IMG/VR virus record: IMGVR_UViG_3300032006_002011
Span: 1 to 64,000 of that record
Direction: 5' to 3' (one strand)
Source: a virus
Length of the DNA stretch: 64,000 bases
The position numbers and the translations under genes are program-made. Positions 22,301 through 29,479 of the stretch are shown here, in pieces (position 1 is the stretch's first letter; each line of letters begins with the position of its first letter). Below the pieces are notes generated by a model. It ran no database searches. It worked only from the letters and a program-made list of their open reading frames with translations, and was not told where the DNA came from.

Positions 22301-24528
22301 AAAAACTCTGGTATGTTATTTCCCAGTGCATCATCATTAACTTTATCATATTTATCTGCCTCGTTTGCCCTCTCCAAGTACCAATAATACCCCGCATCAG
22401 ACTTAAAGTCATTTAAATCTTGTGGAATATAACGAGGTGAACGGGATTTGTTATCACCCACACCAACACAATCATACGAAACACTAAATAATGTAGACTC
22501 ATCAAACCCCGAGTTATTAAGTGTGGTCACAACCGAAGAACCCTCGGTACGAGAAATCTCATGTGGTGTCAAATTATCAATTAACACCGAGTCACTAGTT
22601 CTGGACGAACCATAAGCAATCCAGTTTCCAGTTTTAAGGGGACCGGTGTCTGACAAAACCCACCCCAATTCATTACCATCCCAAAACAAGGACCAGTCCC
22701 CTGCTTGGTGTGTATAGATAGGTCGTTCATTAAAGCGACCATCTTCATAATACACACCTTCGTACAAGACCGACTGAAATTTGCTTGTGGATGATGTGGT
22801 GATTACTAAATCGTTCGTGCGGGGCCATGCATCATCACTATTAGTGTAAAACAAAAACCGTTCATATTCAGTAAACGCAGAAATCAACTCATTTGCTTCA
22901 TCGTTTATCTTAACTATATCCATTTCATTTAAAATGGAAACCGAGTCAATTGCAGTGGCCTCTGCTATTGTTCCTAGTAACGAACGGGTTTTTAGAGCAT
23001 AAATCTCATTCTCCGCGTCAGTTCTCTTTCTATACAACTTAGATAACTGAGTTAGTTTAAACACGAAGGCATCTAATTTTTTGCGGGCAGACGAAAACCT
23101 TACAAAATTAGAAAAATCAGAATAATCTATTGACAGCTCGGTGCCCGATGTAATCTTGTTGAAATAATTTGAAATACCCGAGGAAATTTCATTACCCAAT
23201 TCCAATTCATCACTTGTATATTTCTTCGTACCTGCTCCCGAAGTCAGTAATGATACTCTGTCGGGGCCTCTAAGTTTATATGTCGTTGACTTTACTTCTT
23301 CCGTTACTATTACAGTTTGAACGACATCATCTGAACTTGATATATTTGATATGTAAAATCCATCACCCACACCAATTTCGTGTGGAAGTGGTTCTGGTAA
23401 TTTTAATATAGTTGGTTGGTGCTTTACATCATCGTCTACATTCTGAGTCGATGGTGTGTGTTTTAATATTGGATAATTCTCCCCGTTGGTAAAATTCATT
23501 ACATTGGAAAAGTAATTATCAAATCTATTTGCATATAATTCCGTCAAAAAATCCAGATCAAATAAACATATAAATGCAGATTTATAGAAATCTCTCTCAA
23601 CTGAATTGGTCTTAAGTATTCCGAGTTTGGTATGTTTTGAAATTATATACTCAACGCATTTCAAATATTCATCATAAAAATCGGACGATGCAAACGAAGA
23701 ACCATATTTAGATGTAATTGTATTTTCATATAAATCGGCCAACTTAGAATATTGAGTTAAAATATCCTTAATAAGTTTGTTATGGTGATTTGGTTTTATT
23801 GAACTTGGATCAACCCCTAGCAACGTGACCAACGTAGTTTCCAAACTTTTTTCATAGTTGGTGATGGATGATTTTAATTTATCAGAAAACCCCAAACCGG
23901 TATCATCTAACATATAAGAAGTATCAGACCTAAGAAACTTCTTTGTGTCGTGGTATATATGTGCAACCAAAATTCTCTTGTTCAAAAAATTATCATAATC
24001 AAAATTCAACGATGCGTCTTGTGCTCTAATTGAATTTTTCAAACACTCGGGTATAATCTTGATTTCTGTCCGAGAGGGAGAAATTTCAGAAATTACAAGC
24101 TTACTATCCGAGTCGTGCGAACCAACTATATCACTCTTGAACGAAATGCCAACACGATAAATTCCGGACGCCAGGCCGATCTCCTTTAGTTCGGTGACAG
24201 GTGATAGTATAATATTGCCATTTGCTGACGGATATATAGAGTCAAGAACTCTTATGCTCGCGGTGGTTGTCTCCCCATCATAGTTTGTGAACCGCAATTG
24301 CTTTGTTGTATAATTTTCTGCTCCCGCAACTACACCCCACCCTAGCATATTCTCACCGGTAGAATCATACGCACTAAACTCTACTACATCCTTATGAGAA
24401 CTACCAAAGTCAACCCCAACTGGTATTTTTTCAAACGCAAGATCTAGTGTCCCTGGTTCAACATAATACCCACGGGAAAAATCTAAGGTTTGTGTGGATT
24501 CATCAACATATTTCAAATATTGTGGCAT
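13363..24528 (-). CDS. Giant baseplate-wedge-like virion protein (3721 aa) with repeated modules and a Thr-Pro linker
   Basis: IPEFL...FVDFLNLVGNHFD and LPHILKTIGTERSISALLRCYGVP resemble wedge/tail-protein-I motifs; lies in the baseplate cluster. Confidence 0.65.
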   Translation of the reverse strand: MPQYLKYVDESTQTLDFSRGYYVEPGTLDLAFEKIPVGVDFGSSHKDVVEFSAYDSTGENMLGWGVVAGAENYTTKQLRFTNYDGETTTASIRVLDSIYPSANGNIILSPVTELKEIGLASGIYRVGISFKSDIVGSHDSDSKLVISEISPSRTEIKIIPECLKNSIRAQDASLNFDYDNFLNKRILVAHIYHDTKKFLRSDTSYMLDDTGLGFSDKLKSSITNYEKSLETTLVTLLGVDPSSIKPNHHNKLIKDILTQYSKLADLYENTITSKYGSSFASSDFYDEYLKCVEYIISKHTKLGILKTNSVERDFYKSAFICLFDLDFLTELYANRFDNYFSNVMNFTNGENYPILKHTPSTQNVDDDVKHQPTILKLPEPLPHEIGVGDGFYISNISSSDDVVQTVIVTEEVKSTTYKLRGPDRVSLLTSGAGTKKYTSDELELGNEISSGISNYFNKITSGTELSIDYSDFSNFVRFSSARKKLDAFVFKLTQLSKLYRKRTDAENEIYALKTRSLLGTIAEATAIDSVSILNEMDIVKINDEANELISAFTEYERFLFYTNSDDAWPRTNDLVITTSSTSKFQSVLYEGVYYEDGRFNERPIYTHQAGDWSLFWDGNELGWVLSDTGPLKTGNWIAYGSSRTSDSVLIDNLTPHEISRTEGSSVVTTLNNSGFDESTLFSVSYDCVGVGDNKSRSPRYIPQDLNDFKSDAGYYWYLERANEADKYDKVNDDALGNNIPEFLVRDDSNEDFVDFLNLVGNHFDLIYTYIANMGASLKPRNKSTKGVPNQLVWFIMNSLGIRFSGQDDSGDDISASQPSDKLSIKQRRDIIWRRILNNLPHILKTIGTERSISALLRCYGVPDHLFKIKEYGGVRYSTSGESDDSVFSFDIFDYKLEFSEDDQYLAIPWNSDLYEVRTLEFELSFDDSLRTTNLSTEFGQLEYAVSRSTPIVDQDGGITSSTWQWSGRMSIPSATTEVPVYGMEDDTSSPYPVDVYGPEGTLAGHITYTGIPSGTLSGLKIYYTPTEGLYEGETLVGQISDNECILNPVSVDISFVNSDKSFNDEDASSDWEIGVEISPGRQQDGYGRFYFESEASGRHYCPDKSHPPVNVLGAGDYNIMLVKSTSSTAEFSRYLKLYVKKVVDADVVVSYSSLIPTTFDAFTKFNSYNNIFFGNYASSTYRGTFNRLRMYNIEIPEDRFENHILFNQSYDIDDPLTLNESLIFKSNFDYPYDITAAGNPSHAQDESPHGVILNSAFREDAPKEIECWNFRSREFPYDFTGSARRQYAKLPLFGAQAFNNKKIRIEEQKLTGTLSPYSRATEKSGDRLAVDTNTLGVFFSPTDLINTEILRFFGNFELGDYIGDPSDLYESEYERYNQFKRVFYKEGFGQIDWSMYLNIMKAYVDASLFENIEKLTPARTRLISGLLVEPSILERNKFRSAKLVSSVRSEFNKISSESLENINNPLGLNSITEKATNERKITRLHNIKLSCHDTTTSIASFANPRTPGGTSKDTSVVLLSSNAGYKRADSANEPDHNRTFNFNYTGNYVSNALDQDMYGVSSIYGVHTIGSTMYKVESLPRSYQIRLPIKYDMSSDVDYDRLTDVIIKIDGLVNGDGTYVGEFAKANGVYRSGILINGKLSFSNNSKTWFIFWSRSRERWVLVNENPASISEEGGLLIPKEGLLWVFDTGDSCENMVYTWPCRFVGNKKDNTAYYDNNSITQVDSGLLPSASVMNDRILSINTNNVPDDRGRVVGNLSCELYGNFSGKYKVLTRINNEDVWQPKTGYYEVTNYHFEKDGVSKTIFMDGKFSGKLLRGTLGQGGGDFRVTGTVNSANYYDCDNPWTLPTDDVGATIYSINDIVNKESGSITTNLDETVQIKTNYITKEFDSVNLVPVTSTFKTYENTTIRYGEVDSPYVHYDVQNKLEFRHGGDQRISGSYSLAVNHRTTDTFSFPTLLDYSVELTANLRGTTLRDIKVLAHTELDPEHTKYYRIKMKTGLQAVDRPLNVEFSIDSTDSTNPDVSIVSSGSNCVSGYIYEYDYSHQNFTSGNEYIENRDFVARAEQQRSNDPENWDARINSVLTQTIASVDTELSDRNYIYNTYNITELENHDISKVCFFHIKSPSLGSSPHKKHVVQNIWLVGYLEETVTTKKVSGRSEDHIHRVKHSVDKQGLDKVSLSDEIVEWSATPRLGYGLLRPGGTVELSSVFAEHRLAYDSSIVTQDVGFDGGTADKIVYTKNNLHIPIDIKIENPSYKYELEILPFDKDVTYNQSDTLGNYFCVYELTKFNSIDITEFEGQMDMLNGSYLEIGTYNGKSLYRNDRDIDGNYRQNVIGDISGDAHLLPKGFIGRKVNYIFWSDINHRWILLHSNNYSINFTDEQKLYIPHESPVRHDIMWIYGKEDATHPEFNTLYGGDVGYHRNELNTDTPVVDLLNNDEEGYVNLLSAEALGLDTDGNGLVYIFRDPSAVKLFGFKNVALSANGLYRKVNGVSGENPSYTNGRGWYLYWNEDVYTWVLVECVPLATEIRNSMKTTYQQLNLTKYFNTHMPTKWVINLAREFSCRINEDNKFSTHDETDLYIKLGGKTFQQTSDGLGYAPQTGYAYIPSLEQKNKLSYQSSASYFRDTITSSPERLDMLSASSGPVVGNSFRLIPNPHHFARFESDNLAASIEKLAWCIVAKRKTPTLPIPGNYRREGGGAEVILNWIPDDYNTVSVEVDPTRSMYYSNTAKNEKIPRGIYTRVNISLTDTEDDVIFRSTSEEYEIRLKKSTKMNTPDRWIISHVSKPNYSEYYRDMSFQETETLATKLGYIKSTTEVTITPDCTYREKQSEIFPTGSSNVFYTRRTPSAPIPFNPRIPVTNKVPLSTTDEISEDLYINWGHVKKEAVGDVDCRDLKAYPYASPSLVENNIEKNSNIARCDLLNLGVDKPYLYGIGGELAIEVSCGTGASATFNGVYTESREETNTGTSPGDKLFIKRDDPTKYIIQRKSDTDPLYISSTSSSDPNNPSYDIGVAELKNEGVTSCRDIYVSLKTIDVPPLEASPEASLQKRNGVPQDAYDKNVNKLATMLCPHPGEYRMRDNWQSVAMLKLIDLTTVEVSECDIEDANGIYTTTGTMDSNGNAYTFANRNNWIIACMDRKPNSFQSKWVFTDKYETQLSGIVFENVDRFDSEVNPTNHNSADFMQGVFYKFKLTTDDLDSVKSTPTNTLASITAPKLALGDVRNIDPESFLVVNYKLLLGQFKDPQKTQITELDNLNKLKNPSDMSISDMNYDTFEYEVDYSPTTNTTSYHIHPTPVITKLDTLSSEKISSQLDSSVKFSITPISSQQSNLYKITLPIDVTHEPEIFTKDTRENTKVSFSYDGNSLINWSAEFFGVEESGSAVVTSEQIIKQTPLVISSKLNIPNYTGLISDVTLDVKIVITPRCREDYVAEKIHTSVHVDEFEYGIGDGISADGNQLKSWTRQVSKTIPFDYVIERPTQLCDLVNIGTPGSLFTKKKFPIHRSNFRRNIIGRGVNDVSTTANLSGHLNSTSPIVRTRTGSGSPDHFWFIDDTPVVSVVREDPGLIVSPMLSEEKQEKIEFSYSFEDSVELTPTPTPTPTPTPTPTPTPTPVQQCTPTDEYIEVPYSSSEIVMGEFKILISLPTAVVSFNPKEFSETSTEEITIAIKDGNFTVARIITTNTYPDGETPTIYYESEGTCYTATAPEWTIETSLTPSPSPTPTEQ
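13702..13761 (-). repeat. (Thr-Pro)10 coding repeat
   Basis: Degenerate 6-bp repeat encoding TPTPTP near the C-terminus of the 3721-aa protein. Confidence 0.9.
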
Positions 24529-24548
24529 AACCTATAACCTTTTGTATT

Positions 24549-25136
24549 CTATGTTCCCATAAAAGGAAAACTCTCCCTCGGTAAATCGTTAGATAATTTC
24601 TCAGTAGAAGTTAATGGCAAAAATGGAAAGACCTCAGAAAAATCTGATGGGGAATTTCCTTCACCCGCTGCTATCCGTTGAGTTATGATTATATCCCGTG
24701 ACGCATTGAATGTCTGCACCGCATCTTCCTTGAACCGCACAGACTTGTCAATTTCTTCATCCAACTTTTCGCTCAACTCATCAATTTGAGATTGAAGTAG
24801 TTTCTGCTCATCTATATTTTCCTCAACCTCGTCAAGCACATCCAAGAGTTCACTAGTCTGAGTCGGATCTTCTGTCCCATCTCCTTGTGCGTCTGGGAAC
24901 TCTGAAATTGACGTATCATAAAATGTCTCTATCTGTTGTGGGATTTGTTTTCTTTTTTGTGTTGGTACTCCAATCAAATAATCACCCACATTAGAACCCT
25001 CAGCGGGATCTCCAAATTTAACAATTAAATTATTCATGGCATCCCGTTGATTATTAAACTTTCCCGACTTCAACGATTCATCAAGTTCACTTTGATTAAA
25101 CTCATGTGCTTCTATATATTCAGGTAACTTATACAT
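24549..25136 (-). CDS. Hypothetical protein with an acidic coiled coil
   Basis: 195-aa ORF, heptad segment QKLLQSQIDELSEKLDEEI. Confidence 0.7.
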   Translation of the reverse strand: MYKLPEYIEAHEFNQSELDESLKSGKFNNQRDAMNNLIVKFGDPAEGSNVGDYLIGVPTQKRKQIPQQIETFYDTSISEFPDAQGDGTEDPTQTSELLDVLDEVEENIDEQKLLQSQIDELSEKLDEEIDKSVRFKEDAVQTFNASRDIIITQRIAAGEGNSPSDFSEVFPFLPLTSTEKLSNDLPRESFPFMGT

Positions 25137-25140
25137 CTTA

Positions 25141-26667
25141 TTATGACCTCACAATAAATCTTCGTTTATCTTCATGCACCACATCACCCTCATCAGATTC
25201 CACTAGTATTAAAAACTTATATATTCTACCCACAGGGAGACAAGTGAAATCAAAATTAAAATAATGGCCAGACGCGTCGCAACTTATACGACTATATTCG
25301 TCAAAATCAACAATTACCTCATCTGTCTCCGCATCCCTGACCGAATATTTCATGGTGTGCAATGTATAGTTATTCAAATCATAAGATGACTTTGATGAGA
25401 ATGTTTTGGTTGGGTGCTTTGTCCGAACCCCCACCGAAATCCTTTGTCTTGATAAAGTTCTGTATTCCTTCTTTACCCTCTTTATGTGCGGGACAATATC
25501 TTCATCAACCTGATTAAGATTTGGTTCTAACTCGACTACCTCAATACTATACGGTGGTACGTCTTTCTCACTTACGGAACTAAGACAATTTGTAATAACC
25601 ACCCCAAGTAAAGCATCTGTTGTATCATTATCTGTGGTGGTAATCTCGGTAATGGTTCCCGAAACAAGACTGCCCGATTCTAGGGTACCCGAAAATAAAT
25701 TATGTGGGTCTAGTGTGTCAAATGATAAACTACCCGATTCAATAGTACCCGAAAACAGACTTCCCAGTTCAATAGTACCCGAAAACAGACTTCCCGATTC
25801 AATGGTACCAGAAAACAGACTTCCCGATTCAATGGTACCAGAAAACAGACTTCCCGATTCAATGGTTCCCGACTCGGGGCACATGTGGTGACTTGGAGTT
25901 GGTGTCGGCAACGTAACCTTACCAACTGCGGGAGTTGGGCATACCAACTTTCTAACTTTTCTTTTTTGGCATGGATTAAAAAAGTAATCATCATAGGAAA
26001 CTTGCAAATATGGATAATAAATTGTATTAGTATCACTAGAATAAAACTTTACATTCCCACTATCTTCCTCCGATTCTTGAGAAAACTTTATTATTACTCC
26101 ATAATTAGGAATGCTTCCTTCCAACCAATAATTTACTATTTTCGTAATATCAACCTTAACATCCGAGAAATTCTTAACAAATTGAAACGAACAATCAATG
26201 TCTGTCGGTGCGGTGGATATATCAAGACACAATTCCTTGTCATACCAACCTCCTCCACCAGTAGAATCTCTATGTGAGCCCTGTTCCCACATGGTATCCT
26301 CACCATCCGTGTACTTCCAGTTTGCACCAGGACTAAAATACTTTGCATCCGAGGAAGGGACGAATCTTCCATTTCCCTCCACCCAAGGTTTGGTTAAAGG
26401 ATACACATTTATCTTATCCAGTGGCATCAACTCTGAAGAAGTCATCAACCGCAGATTCAACACATACTTTGCTGAAGTTAGTTTCTCCTTAACAGAGTTT
26501 ATTCCCGACAAATCAAACTGCATGAGTATTCGTGACAGATCATGACCGACTGCTTCATCATGGATATTTGACAATTCAATAACTTCGTCCGAACCTGCAT
26601 TAAGCAATCTGTGTTTTTTCAGCTTATACAATGTAGTGTCTTTTGATGGATAAAGAAAAAAGTTCAT
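25141..26667 (-). CDS. DNRLRE/CBM96-like domain virion protein with a 10-aa tandem repeat
   Basis: KDTTLY...SRILMQFDLS...VDITKIVNYWLEGSIPNYGVIIK...FYSSD...PYLQVSY pattern. Confidence 0.6.
   Translation of the reverse strand: MNFFLYPSKDTTLYKLKKHRLLNAGSDEVIELSNIHDEAVGHDLSRILMQFDLSGINSVKEKLTSAKYVLNLRLMTSSELMPLDKINVYPLTKPWVEGNGRFVPSSDAKYFSPGANWKYTDGEDTMWEQGSHRDSTGGGGWYDKELCLDISTAPTDIDCSFQFVKNFSDVKVDITKIVNYWLEGSIPNYGVIIKFSQESEEDSGNVKFYSSDTNTIYYPYLQVSYDDYFFNPCQKRKVRKLVCPTPAVGKVTLPTPTPSHHMCPESGTIESGSLFSGTIESGSLFSGTIESGSLFSGTIELGSLFSGTIESGSLSFDTLDPHNLFSGTLESGSLVSGTITEITTTDNDTTDALLGVVITNCLSSVSEKDVPPYSIEVVELEPNLNQVDEDIVPHIKRVKKEYRTLSRQRISVGVRTKHPTKTFSSKSSYDLNNYTLHTMKYSVRDAETDEVIVDFDEYSRISCDASGHYFNFDFTCLPVGRIYKFLILVESDEGDVVHEDKRRFIVRS
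25651..25874 (-). repeat. 30-bp tandem repeat (~7 units, SGTIESGSLF)
   Basis: Unit ttcccgattcaatggtaccagaaaacagac repeated head to tail with a few substitutions and one degenerate unit. Confidence 0.9.
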
Positions 26668-28628
26668 TACACAACCCTCCCCACAATATCTCTTCCTGGA
26701 AACTTCAATTCAAAAATTGAAGGGTCCATTGAAGGATAAAGAATCTTATTGATTGTTGCTCCGTTGATGTCATATTCGTTTTCAGAATAATCTCCATCTT
26801 TAACAGTTAAGTTCTTAATATCAAGACGAGAAATTGACTTAACTCCAGCAACCTTAGAAAGTTCAAGTTCTAAATTTCCCAATTCAACTGGTTGTGATAT
26901 TTGCCACTTGTCTATGTTGAAAAAGTTCCTTACGGAATCAATAGCAGAATATAGAACTTCCTTCTTGTTATAGTTATGAAATACTGAAATCTCAAACTCC
27001 ACTCCAATGTTTATTATGAATGCACTCGTTATATTCAGGCCGTCTGTTACGAGTCTATACTGAGATAAGTATGTGCTCAAATTCTCCAGTACCAACTTGT
27101 TTGGGTTTACCAACTTCTTCTCTGCATTATAACTCAATATATATAAATTTACTGCGAACGGATTGTTAATCTCCCCATAAACCGTATTCATCCCGTTTGG
27201 AATCACCTCGTCATCCAACTCACCCGTGGACTTTAGTATATCCAACTGAGACTTAGTGTCTAAAATGCCATCCTTGGTAACAAATGCCTTGGCAACACTC
27301 CCAAACCTAGTTGGCATTGAATATGATCGTATCACATAATCATCTCTCGTTACTGCTCGATTTTGTGAAGAAAAACTGGCAAGGCCTTTTATTCGTATTT
27401 CATCAATACTTTCCTCGTCACGACCCCCAAGTGCAGGTTCTGGATTATTGACCGTAACACTGCCCTTAATAGTTTCTAAGATATTTTGTTCAGTCGTACT
27501 TAAATATTGATCAGTATCATTAAACTCAATGGTGCTTATGTTATTTAAAGTATTGGACTTAACATTTGAACTTAACCCACCACCCGCATAATAATTAACG
27601 GTTAGTGTGGTGTTTGATGGGGATTCTCCATACGAGTCTGTCTTTAAAAAATTTGCAGGATCATAAGGCACATCAAAATTTTTATTTGAGCCAACTGCAC
27701 GTCCTATGCTATCAAGTGAAGGTATTATGAGTTCTTCGTCTAACCTATCTGTTCCTTGGCCAAATTCCAATGTAGTTGTATTGTCGGAATTCACCAAAGT
27801 CGTAAATCTCTTTGATGTCTTCAGATACCTCATAATGTATGGTACCAGATTTGCATATTTCGATGTATGTGGGCTAAACTTATCAGAGTTTGGTTCTTCC
27901 ACCAAAACCGTATCTTGTGATAAGTATGGAACTTCATGCCACTTGTTTCCCATTGAATCCGTGACCGACTCGATTTCCAAAACATTGGAATCTGGAATCT
28001 CTATTTCAAAAAACTCCTCGGGTTCACCGACCACCACATTTAGTGTCTTAGCTTCACCGGCCGAGGCTTTAATTTTCTTCCTTAACAGATAAAATGTAGG
28101 TTGGCCGTTGGCATCGCGTTGGAACACATTAATATCGGTTGGATTCCGAGGGTCTGTTTCAGAAAAATTAACACTATCAACTGTTCGGAATACTACACTT
28201 GTATCACTTGCCGCCAATATTTCCATACCCGGTCTAATATTAAGTGCAAACTTCATATCAGGAACATTTCTGCCATCTTCACCCACCTTCGATGGAACTA
28301 GTTGCATAATATCCAAGTCGGTGGTGGCGGCCGTTGATGGTCTTGGTTTATACCCAAGATAGTTCGCAAGCGTTACAACGTTGTTTCGTTCCGATGCATA
28401 TTGTATAAAGCCTTCCTTGAACTGATAGTCAATATAATATGAAAGTACATCACCGACATAACTTGCCAATTCAATAAACATCATACCCGTTGAGTTCTCA
28501 CTAAAATCCTTATACGTACCTGGGTAGTAGGATTTTACATACTCAACCAAATTGCGTTTAAAACTATTAAAGTCCTTGCTTAAATAGTTTATGTCTTTTC
28601 CCGAAGTTAATTGTGAATAGTCATCCAT
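26667..28628 (-). CDS. Baseplate wedge protein (T4 gp6 / baseplate J-like)
   Basis: YLSKDF...DFSENSTGMMFIELASYVGDVLSYYID; GGRDEESIDEIR...QNRAVTRDDY. Confidence 0.9.
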   Translation of the reverse strand: MDDYSQLTSGKDINYLSKDFNSFKRNLVEYVKSYYPGTYKDFSENSTGMMFIELASYVGDVLSYYIDYQFKEGFIQYASERNNVVTLANYLGYKPRPSTAATTDLDIMQLVPSKVGEDGRNVPDMKFALNIRPGMEILAASDTSVVFRTVDSVNFSETDPRNPTDINVFQRDANGQPTFYLLRKKIKASAGEAKTLNVVVGEPEEFFEIEIPDSNVLEIESVTDSMGNKWHEVPYLSQDTVLVEEPNSDKFSPHTSKYANLVPYIMRYLKTSKRFTTLVNSDNTTTLEFGQGTDRLDEELIIPSLDSIGRAVGSNKNFDVPYDPANFLKTDSYGESPSNTTLTVNYYAGGGLSSNVKSNTLNNISTIEFNDTDQYLSTTEQNILETIKGSVTVNNPEPALGGRDEESIDEIRIKGLASFSSQNRAVTRDDYVIRSYSMPTRFGSVAKAFVTKDGILDTKSQLDILKSTGELDDEVIPNGMNTVYGEINNPFAVNLYILSYNAEKKLVNPNKLVLENLSTYLSQYRLVTDGLNITSAFIINIGVEFEISVFHNYNKKEVLYSAIDSVRNFFNIDKWQISQPVELGNLELELSKVAGVKSISRLDIKNLTVKDGDYSENEYDINGATINKILYPSMDPSIFELKFPGRDIVGRVV

Positions 28629-28631
28629 GTG

Positions 28632-29027
28632 TTATACCTCCACCTTTATTTCAATTTCTTGTTCCGACTCTGGTATGTTGTTTACACTAAATGTAATGTT
28701 TAGGGTGGCCACATAAGGATTATTTTCCAGGTCGCGAGTAGTGACTACACCCAATATGTCTACTTCAGACATCCATGTTTCAGCTGCATCTTTTACCGCA
28801 TCTTCAAATAACTCGTCCACATAATCGGGGGTGTTGGGGTTGAACAACAACGCACGTAGGTCACTTCCGTAGGTCGGCATCATTGGTCTTTCACCCTTTG
28901 CAGTCATAAGCAAAAATGCAAGATTTGTTCTTGCACGTTCCAGCATAGAGTAAGTTTGGGCAAAGAACCCATCTCCTTCTCCTCTTGAATATGGTATTGT
29001 AATACCTACTGGAACTTCATTTGCCAA
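28632..29027 (-). CDS. gp25-like baseplate wedge / sheath initiator
   Basis: NLAFLLMTAKGERPMMPTYGSDLRALLF motif. Confidence 0.9.
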   Translation of the reverse strand: MANEVPVGITIPYSRGEGDGFFAQTYSMLERARTNLAFLLMTAKGERPMMPTYGSDLRALLFNPNTPDYVDELFEDAVKDAAETWMSEVDILGVVTTRDLENNPYVATLNITFSVNNIPESEQEIEIKVEV

Positions 29028-29029
29028 AA

Positions 29030-29464
29030 TTAACTACCTCCTTTTTTCTTGTCCACCAAATTAAGCAACTCGGAATAATCACGTGTTAGTGCATTGGAAA
29101 CATGATCTGGTAACGCATCTACATCAACCTCCTGACCCTGAAAGTCTGTAACTTGTTCTGTTGGTTGCTCCACACCACTTACCATAGAACCTTCTTGTGG
29201 CACTCCACCCACGGTTGCGTTTAGTGCTTCGTTCAAAGCTGCATTTCGTGTAAACTGAACCGTTGGTGTTTTCTTTGGTGTTCTTACCATTTTCTTGGGG
29301 GAATCCTCTAAAACTTTTTTAGTTAGTTCCACGGGATCCGCCGTCTGCGTTTTCACAGACTTAAGACATTTATTTACACTTTCTGTAACCAATTTGGGTA
29401 AATAATCCTTTAGTTCTGCTCTGACCGCAATCCTAATTACTTCTATTAACTCACTTTTTTTCAT
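29030..29464 (-). CDS. Hypothetical protein
   Basis: 144-aa ORF tightly packed in the baseplate operon. Confidence 0.7.
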   Translation of the reverse strand: MKKSELIEVIRIAVRAELKDYLPKLVTESVNKCLKSVKTQTADPVELTKKVLEDSPKKMVRTPKKTPTVQFTRNAALNEALNATVGGVPQEGSMVSGVEQPTEQVTDFQGQEVDVDALPDHVSNALTRDYSELLNLVDKKKGGS

Positions 29465-29479
29465 TGTTTAATAACCTTT

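Noticed and set aside
25651-25874. CRISPR-like array
   Set aside because: Units are contiguous with no unique spacers and are in frame within a CDS
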